Shown here piece by piece: positions 10,189-20,882 of a stretch of 64,000 nt of DNA. The stretch comes from an uncultured beta proteobacterium. GTDB taxonomy: Bacteria; Pseudomonadota; Gammaproteobacteria; Burkholderiales; SHXO01. The notes beneath the pieces are model-generated. The model was not told the origin of the DNA, made no database searches, and worked only from the letters and a program-made list of their open reading frames with translations. Position 1 is the first letter of the stretch; every line of letters begins with the position of its first letter. The position numbers were made by a program, and so were the translations under genes. The stretch lies in NCBI GenBank assembly GCA_963741215.1, contig CAVUHQ010000039.1, positions 69,440-133,439 of the forward strand, given 5' to 3'.

Positions 10189-11595
10189 CTAAGCGAATGC
10201 CCGCGGCTGCCCCGTCGCTTCGATAACCGACATCCACAGATCCATGCTGGGATCGACCTGCTTGCGGCTGCGCGTGGCGAGCGGCATCGGCACGTGCACG
10301 AAGCGCCCGTGCCAGCGGCCGATGAGGATCTCGGTGTTGCCCGCCATGGCAGCGTGGACTGCATTACGCGCCATGTTCCAGCAATAGACACTGTCCGACG
10401 GTGTCGCCGGCACGCTGCGAATCGTATAGCTCGGATCGATGTACTTCAGGGTCACGTCGCGGCCGGCGCGGTGGTAGTGCGCGGTGATCGTGTCCCGCAG
10501 ATACACGCCCACGTCCTTGAGCTTGGTATTGCCGCTCTTGTCGGTGCCCTCCGGGCCGTCGGCGATGAGATCCTGGGCTGCGCCTTCGGCGACCACCACC
10601 ACTGCATTCCCTTTGCGCGCGAGCACACGATCCAGGTAGGCGATGACGCCGCCCTCGCCTTCGAGAGTCGCCGGAATCTCCGGGATGAGGACCAGGTCGA
10701 CATCGGTGGACGCGACCGCCGCCTGGCAGGCGACGAAGCCGGAATGGCGCCCCATGAGCTTGACCAGCCCGATGCCGTAGCGCGCCCCCATGGCCTCCAC
10801 ACGCGCGCTGCGGATCACGTCCACCGCGGCCGAGTACGCGCTTTCGAAGCCGAAGCTGCGATCGATGAAATGGATGTCGTTGTCGATCGTCTTGGGGATA
10901 CCGACGACGGCGATCTTCAGGCCGCGGCGCTCGATCTCCGCGGTGATGTGCATCGCACCGCGGATGGTGCCGTCGCCGCCGACGACAAACAAAACGTCGA
11001 TGCCGTTGGCCTCCAGGTTGTCGACCACCTCCGCTGGATCCTGCGAACCGCGCGAGGAGCCGAGGATCGTCCCGCCCTGATGCTGGATGTGCGCGACCGA
11101 TTCCGGCGTCAGCGCCAGGGGTTCGTGGCCGAAGCGCGAGATCAGCCCTTCGTAACCATAGCGGAAACCGAAGATGCGCTTGACCCTGTAGCCGTGCGAC
11201 AACTCGAGCACGATGCCGCGCACCACGTTGTTGAGCCCGGGACACAATCCGCCGCAGGTGACGATGCCGCAGCGGACCGTGCGCGGATCGAAGAAGATGC
11301 GGTTGCGCGGCCCGGCCAGCTCGAAAGCCGGCAGCGCGCCGGGTTGTTCCGTGCTGATCGCAAGCTGCGACATGCGGTCATCGATCAGCACCTTGTCCGC
11401 GGCGCCGACGAACAGCATCGCGGTCTCGCCGAGGTGCGCAGCCACGGGTGAGGGCAGCAGGCACTTGCCCAGATCCTTGACCGCGACATCGGCGGGCGTA
11501 AGCGACGTGAGCAGCGTAGACGCGCCGGCCTTGACCGGTTCGACACTCGCGGCCGCAGGTGCAACGATGTTGACTGAGCGTACTGATTGACTCAT
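10189..11595 (-). CDS. pfk: 6-phosphofructokinase (PfkA family)
   Basis: Intact ORF from MSQSVRS. Motifs IVTCGGLCPGLN, VVGGDGTIRGA, GIPKTIDNDI and MGRHSGF are present. GGDG together with PKTIDND leaves ATP versus PPi specificity unresolved. Confidence 0.9.
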   Translation of the reverse strand: MSQSVRSVNIVAPAAASVEPVKAGASTLLTSLTPADVAVKDLGKCLLPSPVAAHLGETAMLFVGAADKVLIDDRMSQLAISTEQPGALPAFELAGPRNRIFFDPRTVRCGIVTCGGLCPGLNNVVRGIVLELSHGYRVKRIFGFRYGYEGLISRFGHEPLALTPESVAHIQHQGGTILGSSRGSQDPAEVVDNLEANGIDVLFVVGGDGTIRGAMHITAEIERRGLKIAVVGIPKTIDNDIHFIDRSFGFESAYSAAVDVIRSARVEAMGARYGIGLVKLMGRHSGFVACQAAVASTDVDLVLIPEIPATLEGEGGVIAYLDRVLARKGNAVVVVAEGAAQDLIADGPEGTDKSGNTKLKDVGVYLRDTITAHYHRAGRDVTLKYIDPSYTIRSVPATPSDSVYCWNMARNAVHAAMAGNTEILIGRWHGRFVHVPMPLATRSRKQVDPSMDLWMSVIEATGQPRAFA

Positions 11596-11815
11596 CCCAC
11601 TGATCTCGGGATAAGTCTGCCGGGGGAGGAAAATTCTTATTTGGTTGGGACCGAAGCTACGCCGCTGAGCCCCCGGTGTCAACGCCGCTCGCCGCCTTCC
11701 ACGTCCTGGAGAGCCTGTTACGGCGCGTCACGCACTGCGGCGGTGCGCGATCTCCAGCAGGTGCACGTACTCGATGCGCAGAAGCACGCGTTTGCAGTCA
11801 CCTTTGACGAGACCT

Positions 11816-13150
11816 TCAGGCGAGCGCCTCCCTGCGCAGGGACGCAGGCTCCGCTTTGAACACAGTAACGGTGAGCATCGCGCACAGGAAAAAGAACCCG
11901 GCCAGGATGTAAAGCGCGTTAGCGGGACTGCCGGTGAGATCTTTCACGAAGCCGACCAGCCAGGGCCCGGGCATGCCGCCCAGCGCGCCGAAGGAATTGA
12001 TGAGCCCGATGCTGCCGGCCGCCGCGCTGCCCCTCAGGAACGAAGTGGGCAGCGACCAGAACACCGGCGAGACGCACAGCGAGCCGGCGGTCGTCACGGT
12101 CAACGCCGTCATCGCGACGATCGCGGGCGACGAACCCACGTAAGCCGCGACGATCAGGCCGATGCCCGCGAGGATGGCGGGTACCGCCACGTGCCAGCGG
12201 CGCTCGAGCATCTTGTCCGAATGCCGGCCGTTGAGGACCATGGCGACGGCGGCGACGGCCCAGGGGATGGCGGAGATGAGGCCATTGTGCAGCACGTCCG
12301 TCACCCCCATCTCCTTGATGAGCTGCGGCAGGAACAGGATCACGCCGTAGAACGCGATGACATTGGAGAAATAGATCAGCGCCAGGACCCATACACGGTA
12401 GTCCTTGGCCGAATCCACGAAGCGTGCATGCCCGCCGGCGGCATCCTTGCGGCTGGCTTCCTCCTCGATCTGGCGGCCGACCAACTGCTTCTGCTCCTCG
12501 GTGAGCCAGCGCGCAGAGCGCGGCCCGTTGTCCAGGTAGAACAGGGTCACGACGCCGAAGATCACCGCGGGCAAGCCTTCGAGCAGAAACAGCCATTGCC
12601 AGCCGGGCAGGCCATGGACGCCGGCGAGAGACTTCATGATCCAGCCCGACAGGGGGCCGCCGATCACGCCCGAGATCGCGATGGCGGTCATGAACGTCGC
12701 CGTCATCCGCGCGCGGCGGTGGGCGGGAAACCAGTAAGTGAGATACAGGATGATCCCGGGGAAGAAGCCGGCTTCGCCCATGCCCAGGAGGAAGCGCATC
12801 ACGTAGAACTGCATGGGCGTGCGCACGAACATGAAGCTCACGGAGATGATGCCCCAGACGATCAGGATGCGTGCGATCCACACCCTGGCGCCGACACGAT
12901 GCAGGATCAGGTTGCTGGGGATCTCGAGGAAGAAATAACCGATGAAGAACATCCCGGCGCCGAAGCCATACACCGTTTCGCTGAAGCCCAGGTCCGACGA
13001 CATCTGCAGCTTCGCGTAGCTGACGTTGACGCGGTCCAGGAAAGCGATCACGTAGAGCAGAAACACATACGGAACGATGCGCCAGGCGATCTTTCTATAC
13101 GTGGCCGTCTCGAATTCGGACGGCGCTGCAGCCGCAGTCGATGCGCTCAC
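11816..13150 (-). CDS. MFS transporter, anion:cation symporter (ACS)-like
   Basis: A 12-TM-like hydrophobic profile with the AFLDRVNVSYAKLQM and GYFFLEIPSN motifs. The preferred start is GTG 13150, preceded by a GGAGGAG Shine-Dalgarno sequence. The listed ORF extends to 13249. Confidence 0.85.
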   Translation of the reverse strand: MSASTAAAAPSEFETATYRKIAWRIVPYVFLLYVIAFLDRVNVSYAKLQMSSDLGFSETVYGFGAGMFFIGYFFLEIPSNLILHRVGARVWIARILIVWGIISVSFMFVRTPMQFYVMRFLLGMGEAGFFPGIILYLTYWFPAHRRARMTATFMTAIAISGVIGGPLSGWIMKSLAGVHGLPGWQWLFLLEGLPAVIFGVVTLFYLDNGPRSARWLTEEQKQLVGRQIEEEASRKDAAGGHARFVDSAKDYRVWVLALIYFSNVIAFYGVILFLPQLIKEMGVTDVLHNGLISAIPWAVAAVAMVLNGRHSDKMLERRWHVAVPAILAGIGLIVAAYVGSSPAIVAMTALTVTTAGSLCVSPVFWSLPTSFLRGSAAAGSIGLINSFGALGGMPGPWLVGFVKDLTGSPANALYILAGFFFLCAMLTVTVFKAEPASLRREALA

Positions 13151-13384
13151 TTGAGCTTCTCCTCCCTGGAGTTGTCGGACCAGTCTATCGGCTGGCTGGA
13201 ATGGTGCCGTCCCGGCCGCAAGGATCGCTGTTCGACCCGCAATGCGCAAGGCCTCCTGCAGCGAACGGGCTATGGCAGCTGACGATGAAGCGGCGCACTG
13301 CCAGGCGACAGCATACGGTCCGCGGTATCATTACAGGCTCGTAGCGCCCGCTCTGACCTCTACTGACCTTCCCCCGGAAGTCTC

Positions 13385-16300
13385 GTGAAACTCAACGACA
13401 CCGATCTTTCCCTCCCGCCCCAGCAGGTCAGCCTCGACGTGCTGCTGGAGAAGTACGCCAAGGGCGAGGAACGCACTATCGAGGACGTGCGCCGGCGCGT
13501 CGCACGCGCGCTCGCCGCGGTCGAGAAGGAGCCCGCGCAAGTGGGAACCGGTGTTCTACGAAGCGCTCGAGAACGGCTTCATCCCGGGCGGGCGGATCAA
13601 CTCCGCCGCCGGCACGCAGCTCACGGCCACGCTCATCAACTGCTTCGTGCAGCCGGTGGGCGACTCGGTCTCGCAGACGGTGGACGGCAAGCCCGGCATC
13701 TACGTCGCGCTGCTGGAGGCCGCGGAGACCATGCGCCGCGGCGGCGGGGTCGGCTACGATTTTTCGTCGATCCGCCCGAAGGGCGCGCTGGTGCGCGGGA
13801 CCAACAGCAGCGCGAGCGGCCCGGTGTCCTACATGCGCGTGTTCGACCAGAGCTGCGAGACGGTGGAGTCGGCCGGCGCGCGCCGCGGCGCGCAGATGGG
13901 GATACTCCGCTGCGATCACCCCGACATCGAAGACTTCATCCACGCCAAGGACCAGGGCGATCTGCGCAACTTCAACGTGAGCGTGGCGGTCACCGACGCC
14001 TTCATGCGCGCGGTGGAAGCCGACGGCGATTGGGAACTGGTGCACAAGACGCCGCCCGGCCGCGAGTGGGAGCACGGGCCGGTACGTCAGCGCGACGACG
14101 GGAAGTGGGTCTATCGCACGGTCAAGGCGCGCGATCTGTGGCAGCAGATCATGGAGCTCCACGTACGATCACGCCGAGCCGGGCGTGTTCTTCGTCGATC
14201 GCGTCGAACGCGGACGACAACCTCTCGTACTGCGAGAGCATCGAGGCGACCAATCCCGTGCGTTACCGCGGATACCTGGGTGATGACCGGCTCGGGGCCG
14301 CGGCAGGTTCGCGATCTGATCGGTCGGCAGTTCGACGCGATAGTCGATGGGAGAGCCTACCGGCGCTCCGAGGGATTCTTTCGGACCGGCACGAAACCCG
14401 TACTTCAGCTTCGAACGCGGGAAGGCTTCGCATCCGGCTAACAGCCGACCATCTCGTACGCGGGTCTTCTATCGAAGAGCCGTACATGCTGGAGACGGAA
14501 TGGGTACGCGGCGAAAGCGTCTGCAGCCCGGCGATCAAGATCGTGCTGCACGACCATCGAGCCTTGGCTGGTTGGGCCGGTGCGGTACACGAAGACGAGG
14601 GATATCTGATCGGCTTGCTGATCGGCGACGGCCATCTGAAGGAAGACAAGGCCGTCCTGGCAGTCTGGGATCCCGAGGCTCGCATGCAGGCAAATGGTGG
14701 CTGCGTGCTTTCGCCAGGAGCCGGCAGCGTGATGGAGGCCGCAGAACAGCGCGCATTCGGCAGCTGCCCGCATCGCAGCGATTTCCGATGGCTGGCAAAG
14801 CCGCGTAGCCGCGACGATCGGAGTTCCGGCTTCAGTCTGGCGCATTGCGTGACCTGGCGCTCTCGCTTGGAATGCGGCCTGGCAACAAGCGGATCACCGA
14901 TGAGGTCGAGCGCTGCTCATCGGACTTTTGCTGTGGGCTGCTGCGCGGCTTCTTCGATACAGACGGTTCAGTCCAGGGTACGCAGGAGAAGGGCGTAAGC
15001 GTCCGCCTGACGCAGGTCGACCTGAGCAATCTGCGTCCGCGCGCAACGCATGCTGCTTCGGCTGGGCATTAGCTTCGACCATCTACGAGACCGGAAACCG
15101 GCAGGACAGAAGCTCGCTGCCTGATGGCAAGGGCGGCCAAGCGCTATACCCAACCCAGGCACTTCATGAGCTTGTGATCAGCGGGGAGAATCTGCTGCGC
15201 TTCGAGCAAACGGTCGGCTTTGTACACGCACGAGAAAGCGCAGACGGCTAGCCGACTTGCTGGCCTCGTACAAGCGCACACTCAATCGCGAACGTTATAC
15301 CGCGACGGTTGAGTCGGTCATTGAGGACGGCATGGAGGACGTGTTCGACGTGACCGTTCCTGACGTACAGTGCGTTCGATGCGAATGGCCTCTACGTGCA
15401 CAATTGCGGAGAGCAGCCGCTTCCCTCCTACGGCTGCTGCTGCCTCGGCAGCATCAACCTCGACGCCGTTCGTCGCGCGATCCGTTCACGCCGAAGGCGC
15501 GCTTCGACTTCGACGCCTTCGGCAAAGTCGTGCGCCCGGCGGTGCGCATGCTCGACAACGTGCTCGACGTCGACCGTGTGGCCGCTCCCGCAGCAGCAGG
15601 ACGAGGCGATGACCAAGCGCCGCGTGGGGCTCGGCTTCACCGGCCTGGGCGATGCGCTGATCATGCTGGGGCTGCGCTACGACACCGACGAAGCGCGCCG
15701 CATGGGCGCGAAGATCGCGGAGGCGATGCGCGACGAGGCCTACGCGGCGTCGGTCGAGCTGGCGCAGGAGAAAGGCGCCTTTCCCGCTGCTCGACGCGGA
15801 GCAGCTATCTCGCCGCGCCGCGCTTCGCCTCGCGCCTGCCGGAGCGATCTGAAGGGCGAAATCCGCAAGCACGGCATCCGCAACAGCCACCTGCTGTCGA
15901 TCGCGCCCACCGGCACGATCTCGCTCGCCTTCGCCGACAACGCCTCGAACGGCATCGAGCCGCCCTACTCCTGGACCTACCAGCGCAAGAAGCGCAGGCC
16001 CGACGGCTCGATCAAGATCTACGACGTCGAGGACCACGCCTGGCGGCTGTACCGGCATCTCGGCGGCGACGTGGAGAAGCTGCCGCCGCAGTTCGTCACC
16101 GCGCTGGAGCATCTCCGCGCTCGACCACATGCGCATGGTCGCGGCGGTGGCGCCGTTCGTGGATTCGGCGATCAGCAAGACGGTCAACGTGCCGGAGGAC
16201 TATCCGTACGAGCAGTTCAAGGACCTCTACCTGGAGGCCTGGAAGGCGGGGCTGAAGGGCATCACCACTTACCGCCCGAACAAGGTGCTGGGCAGCGTGC

Positions 16301-17399
16301 TGTCGGTCGCGCCCAGCCCGAAGCCGAGCAGCCGAACGATCTCGACACTCAGACGCCGACCGCCGCATCCGGCTGGAGGCGGCGCCGCAGCCCGCGCTGT
16401 CGAGCCTGCGCTGGCCGGGGCGGCCGAAGCTCGCCGCCGGCAATCCGTCCTGGACCTACATGGTCGAGTCGCCGTTCGGCCAGTTCGCGATCTTCGTCGG
16501 CCACGTCGAGAACGGCGAGCCGTACCCGTTCGAGGTGTGGGTCAACGGCAACGAGCAGCCGCGCGGACTGGGCGCGGTCGCCAAGACGCTGTCGATGGAC
16601 ATGCGCGCGCAGGACCAGGCCTGGCTGCGCATGAAGCTCGACATCCTGGCGCGCACCGCGGGCGACGACGCCTTCGACTGCCCGATGCCGCCCGATGGCA
16701 AGCCGGTGCGCGTGCCGAGCCTGGTGGCGGCGTTCGCGCGCATCGTGCGCTATCGCGTGGACCAGCTCGGCGCGCTGCGCGACAGAGCCGGACGGCAGAG
16801 TCGCCGGTGCTCGACGCGCTGTTCGCGAAGAAGGAGCCCAAGACCGGCACCGACGGCACGATGTCGTGGACGGTGGACGTGCACAATCCGCGCGCCGGCG
16901 ATGACTTCGTGCTGATCCTGAAGGAGCTGGTGCTGCCCAACGGCCAGCGCCGTCCGTACTCGGTGTGGATGGCGGGCGACTACCCGCGCGCGCTCGACGG
17001 GCTTGTGCAAGCTGCTGTCGCTCGACATGCGCGTGATCGACCCGGCGTGGATCGGCATGAAGCTGCGCAAGCTGCTCAACTACGCCGAGCCGCTCGGCGA
17101 TTTCATGGCGCGGGTGCCGGGCGAGGAGCGGCAGCAGAATTTCCCGAGCACGATCGCCTACGTGCGCGCGGCTCATCATCCACCGCTACGCGATGCTCGG
17201 CGTGCTCGACGAGCGCGGCTATCCGGTGAACGAGATGGGCGTGCTCGAGATTCCCGAGGACGACCGCGAAGCCGCGAAGACGCCGCCTACCGCGTCGCTG
17301 CCCGGCAAGCGCTGCGCGGAATGCGGCAACGCGGCGGTGATCAACAAGGACGGCTGCGAGTTCTGCACGGCGTGCGGGGCGATCGGCGCGTGCGGGTGA
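13385..17399 (+). CDS. nrdJ: class II (adenosylcobalamin-dependent) ribonucleotide reductase NrdJ interrupted by an intein; many frame breaks
   Basis: Extein segments [35 protein letters not shown] / [29 protein letters not shown] and [33 protein letters not shown]. The C-terminal Cys cluster is [22 protein letters not shown]. The pieces are scattered over all three forward frames. Confidence 0.85.
14259..15404 (+). mobile_element. intein with LAGLIDADG homing-endonuclease domain inside nrdJ
   Basis: Begins [10 protein letters not shown] directly after extein ATNP. Block B is IRLTADHLV. The LAGLIDADG motifs are [13 protein letters not shown] and [13 protein letters not shown]. It ends GLYVHN, followed by extein CGEQPLP. 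Length is 1146 nt. The reading frame is broken several times inside the intein. Confidence 0.8.
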
Positions 17400-17445
17400 G
17401 TGCCGATGTTTCGGCCCTTGCCGCAAGACGCCCCCGGCAATCGCG

Positions 17446-18432
17446 TCAGCGGACCGACGAAGCCGCGCTATCTTGGTAGGACGGCGCCGCCCTCCTATAG
17501 CTGACGGTGGACCGCTCTGACTCCGCCGGCGCTGACCAGTCCGTCAGCGACGGCACCAATGTCCACGCATCCAGCTCCTGCTCGAAGAGCTTCCTGAGCA
17601 GCCTGGCATGAAGCGCGTGACCCGGCTTGAAGCCGACGTAAGTCGCCCGCATGGGCCAGCCGCCCAGCGACAGGTCCCCGATCGCGTCGAGCACCTTGTG
17701 TCTGACGAACTCATCGGGATACCTCAAGCCGCCGGGGTTGCGGATCTGCTCGCCGTCCACCACCACCGTATTGCTCAGGTCGGCTCCGCGAGCGTGACCG
17801 CGCTCCAGCAGAGCAGCATGATCGACGGCAAAGCCGAAGCTGCGCGCGGGGGCAATCTCGCGCCTGAAGAAATCGTCATTCCACGCCGCGATGACCGATT
17901 GCATGCCGACCGGAGTCCCGGGAAAGTCGATGCTTACGACCAGGCGTGGGTTCAGGCTCGGACTGAGCCGGACGTACCGGTTGCCGGTGCAGACCTCCAC
18001 CGAACGCAGCAAGACGAGGGTTCGAGCCGGTACGTCTTGCTCGACCGTGCCGACGTGCTCGATCCGCCTGAGGAATGGAGCCGCGCTGCCATCCATCGCC
18101 GGGACTTCGGGACCATCGAGCTCGATCAGCGCGTTGTCCACCCCGCCCAGCCGGAGGGCCGCCAGGAGATGCTCGACGGTTCGCACAGTAACGCCTGCGG
18201 CATTGCCGAGGTCGGTGGAGTATTGAGCGTTCACGATATTGCTCCAGCGCGCGAGAATCAGGCCGCGTGCCGGCGGCTGGTCCGTGCGCAGGAAACAAAT
18301 CCCCACATCCGGTTCCGCTGGAGAGACGGTCATGCACACCTGCTCACCCGTGTGCACGCCTCTTCCACAAAGCTGGAACTCCTTGGCCAATGTTCGCTGC
18401 CGAATCACTCGATCTTCGATCTTGCTCATCAT
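17446..18432 (-). CDS. lpxC: UDP-3-O-acyl-N-acetylglucosamine deacetylase
   Basis: Intact. Motifs RQRTL, GRGVHTGE, TVEHLLAAL, MDGSAAPF, DEFVRHKVLDAIGDL and KPGHALH, meaning the Zn ligands and catalytic His are present. Confidence 0.85.
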   Translation of the reverse strand: MMSKIEDRVIRQRTLAKEFQLCGRGVHTGEQVCMTVSPAEPDVGICFLRTDQPPARGLILARWSNIVNAQYSTDLGNAAGVTVRTVEHLLAALRLGGVDNALIELDGPEVPAMDGSAAPFLRRIEHVGTVEQDVPARTLVLLRSVEVCTGNRYVRLSPSLNPRLVVSIDFPGTPVGMQSVIAAWNDDFFRREIAPARSFGFAVDHAALLERGHARGADLSNTVVVDGEQIRNPGGLRYPDEFVRHKVLDAIGDLSLGGWPMRATYVGFKPGHALHARLLRKLFEQELDAWTLVPSLTDWSAPAESERSTVSYRRAAPSYQDSAASSVR

Positions 18433-18870
18433 GTCCGTATCGCTCCTTTGGTTGCGCGGGTGCCGGAAATCCATGAATGGGCCTTCCGCGTTCAGGAGCT
18501 AAGATTAAAGAGGAGCCGCGTATTGGCACAGGTCGCGCTCCGCCAATCGCTTGTCCGAATGCGCCAGCGGAGAATCGTCTGCATGTTGGTCCCCCGATTT
18601 ATGGATTTGGGCTATGCGGGTCTGCTGACCCGTCCCCGCTGCGCCTTCAGCAGCCGCCATGCCAATGGATTTTTCATTAGCCGGTTCAGCAGGTTAACGT
18701 CAGCGGCGGGGAATGCGATAAGCAGCGGAATGTTGTGCTTGCACAACGCCCTTGCGCGACCGCGGAGCGAAAGCACCAGCCGCGCAACCACTTGCGTTGT
18801 TGGGCCGGCCCAACGCTCCCGTCGCGATGCCGCGCTGGCCGATGCTGCGCTCATCTTAGGCTAGCCGAGA

Positions 18871-19870
18871 ATGGGACCGTCCACACTGACCTCCTGGGCG
18901 CTGCTGATCCATCGAGCGCTGTCTGCACGCGCAATCGATAGCGGCCCTCTGTTCCGTAGCGCGGGACTCGATCCGGAGCGGATGGAGGATCCGAACGCCC
19001 GTTACCCAATGGCACAGCTGCAGCGGCTTTGGGCCCTGGCGATAGCGGCGACCGGGGACGAATGTTTCGGGCTCGAGGTCGCTCAAGCTTGGCACCCGAC
19101 GACGTTCCACGCTTTGGGCTACTCCGCGCTGGCGAGCGAAACCTTGCGCGAGGCGCTCGAACGCGCAGCTCGATACAGTCAGTGGTTACGACTGGCGCCC
19201 GTCTCGAATTGCAGCAGGACGGCGAAGAGGTGATGGTAAAGCTTGTTCGGCTTGTTACCCGATCGATCAGATCGTCCCGGCCTCCATCGATGCCGGCATC
19301 GCCTCGCTGGTGATCCTGTGTCGCGAAGGCCGCGGCGGACGGATCGACCCGGTGCGCGTCGAAGCTGGCACGGCCGGGGTCGAGCTGCCTGGATCGTTTG
19401 CAGGCTTTCTTCGGTTGCCCGATCGATTTCGGCGCCACGGAGGATTGCGTCGTGTTCCGAGCCGCCGATCTGGATGCGCACTTATCCACCGCGAATCCGG
19501 TGCTCCTGCGGGTGAACGAGCAGGTCTTGACCGACTACATGGCGCGTCTGGACCGCAGCGAGGTCACGGTCCAGGTGCAGGCGAAGCTGATCCAGGTCCT
19601 GCCGCGGCAAGGTGGGCGAAGCATCGATGGCACGCGCGCTCAACCTCAGCCTGCGGAGCTTGCAGCGCAAGCTGAACGAGCGGGGCAGCTAGCTTCCGCA
19701 AGCTGCTCGACGACACGCGCAGACAGCTCGCCGAGCAATATCTCCAGGACTCGACGCTGATCCGTGTCGGAGATCGCCTACCTGCTCGGGTTCGCCGAGG
19801 TGAGCAGCTTCTCACGCGCCTTCAAGCGATGGACTGGTAACGCACCGCGCGCACGCCCTTGGTCGGATTG
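18871..19870 (+). CDS. AraC-family transcriptional regulator (N-terminal AraC-binding-like domain), at least three frame breaks
   Basis: The N-terminus is [43 protein letters not shown]...FGLEVAQ. The C-terminal [32 protein letters not shown], is in another frame. Confidence 0.75.
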
Positions 19871-19882
19871 ACGCGATCATCA

Positions 19883-20569
19883 TCACCGTTCAGCGGGCAG
19901 CGCACGCCGGCCGAAGTACCGCTCGACGAACACGTTCTCGCTCAGAACGTTGTCCACGATCAGCTCGGCCGCGGAGGGGTCGCCACGATAGCAATCCGCG
20001 TAGGCGAGGATGTCGTTCAATCCCTGCGCTGAACGGCTCGAGCCGCCGGCACGGTTGAACCAGCTGAGCGCGGGCCGTGGCAACCCGCGGCGACGCTGCA
20101 GGAAATCGGAGATCCGCCGGCCCATTCGATCCAGCAGATACTCGAAGGCCACCGCCTCGACCAGCTCGGCAAAACCCAGATCGCGCAGGCTGGTGTACGG
20201 GGCGGGGTCGGAGATCATGCGGGCGAAAGCCTCCCGCGCCTGTGCGTGCAGATCTGGCAGCTCGCTCCCGAGGCCGGCGGCGATCAGCATCGTCTCCAGC
20301 GAGGACGGTCGATCCTGCCCGCTGCGCTGCGCGTCGAGCGGGTCCAGGAGCTCGAGCCGCAGGCGCTCCGGCATATCGGTTGGCGCGACCGACTTCAGAA
20401 ACGCGATCAACTGCGGGCAATTCAGGTGCGTCAACGCCACCCGCCGGAGCAGGGCGTCGTAGCTCGAGGCGTCGGCGAGTCCCGCCTCCAGCGACCGGAA
20501 CATCGCGTGGTCCGCGAACTGTTCGGCATGGTCGAGGTAGCGCTTGCACACTGCGGCACGCGAAAACAT
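19883..20569 (-). CDS. haem-oxygenase-like / iron-containing redox enzyme family protein (all-helical)
   Basis: 228 codons from MFSRAAV. Resemblance to the PF14518-type family is general. I could not confirm the metal-ligand motifs. Confidence 0.5.
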   Translation of the reverse strand: MFSRAAVCKRYLDHAEQFADHAMFRSLEAGLADASSYDALLRRVALTHLNCPQLIAFLKSVAPTDMPERLRLELLDPLDAQRSGQDRPSSLETMLIAAGLGSELPDLHAQAREAFARMISDPAPYTSLRDLGFAELVEAVAFEYLLDRMGRRISDFLQRRRGLPRPALSWFNRAGGSSRSAQGLNDILAYADCYRGDPSAAELIVDNVLSENVFVERYFGRRALPAER

Positions 20570-20882
20570 CGGTGACCCCCTTTTACAGTCCAGTCGCTGC
20601 GCGCCCGCTCTGCGCTGCTGTCGGGCTCGTCCGGGCGAAACGCCGAGCACGCGAGGGAGAATCATGTGCGTCGCAACGGCAGGAGGAGAAGCGCGCCGGA
20701 GGTTGTTGCCACCTGTGCTTCTGCGGGTATCGTCAAATGATACTGCGGCGGCGCTGACCTGGCCGGCGGCGCCGCGGTCGGGTTACGCCGAGCGTTTGAT
20801 TGCTGGCGGACGGTCCGCAGGGTTCTGACGGAGCGCGATTGGGTAAACTGCTAGGTTTCAGACTGCTTTCGCCGCGACAACC

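Noticed and set aside
13250-13384. Cobalamin riboswitch or NrdR boxes upstream of nrdJ
   Set aside because: I could not find a B12-box-like GCCACTG core or the palindromic NrdR box pair in this 135-nt leader.
18612-18854. 80-aa minus-strand ORF between lpxC and the AraC gene
   Set aside because: No family was recognised, no convincing ribosome-binding site is present, and it lies in a divergent promoter region. It is kept only as a possibility.
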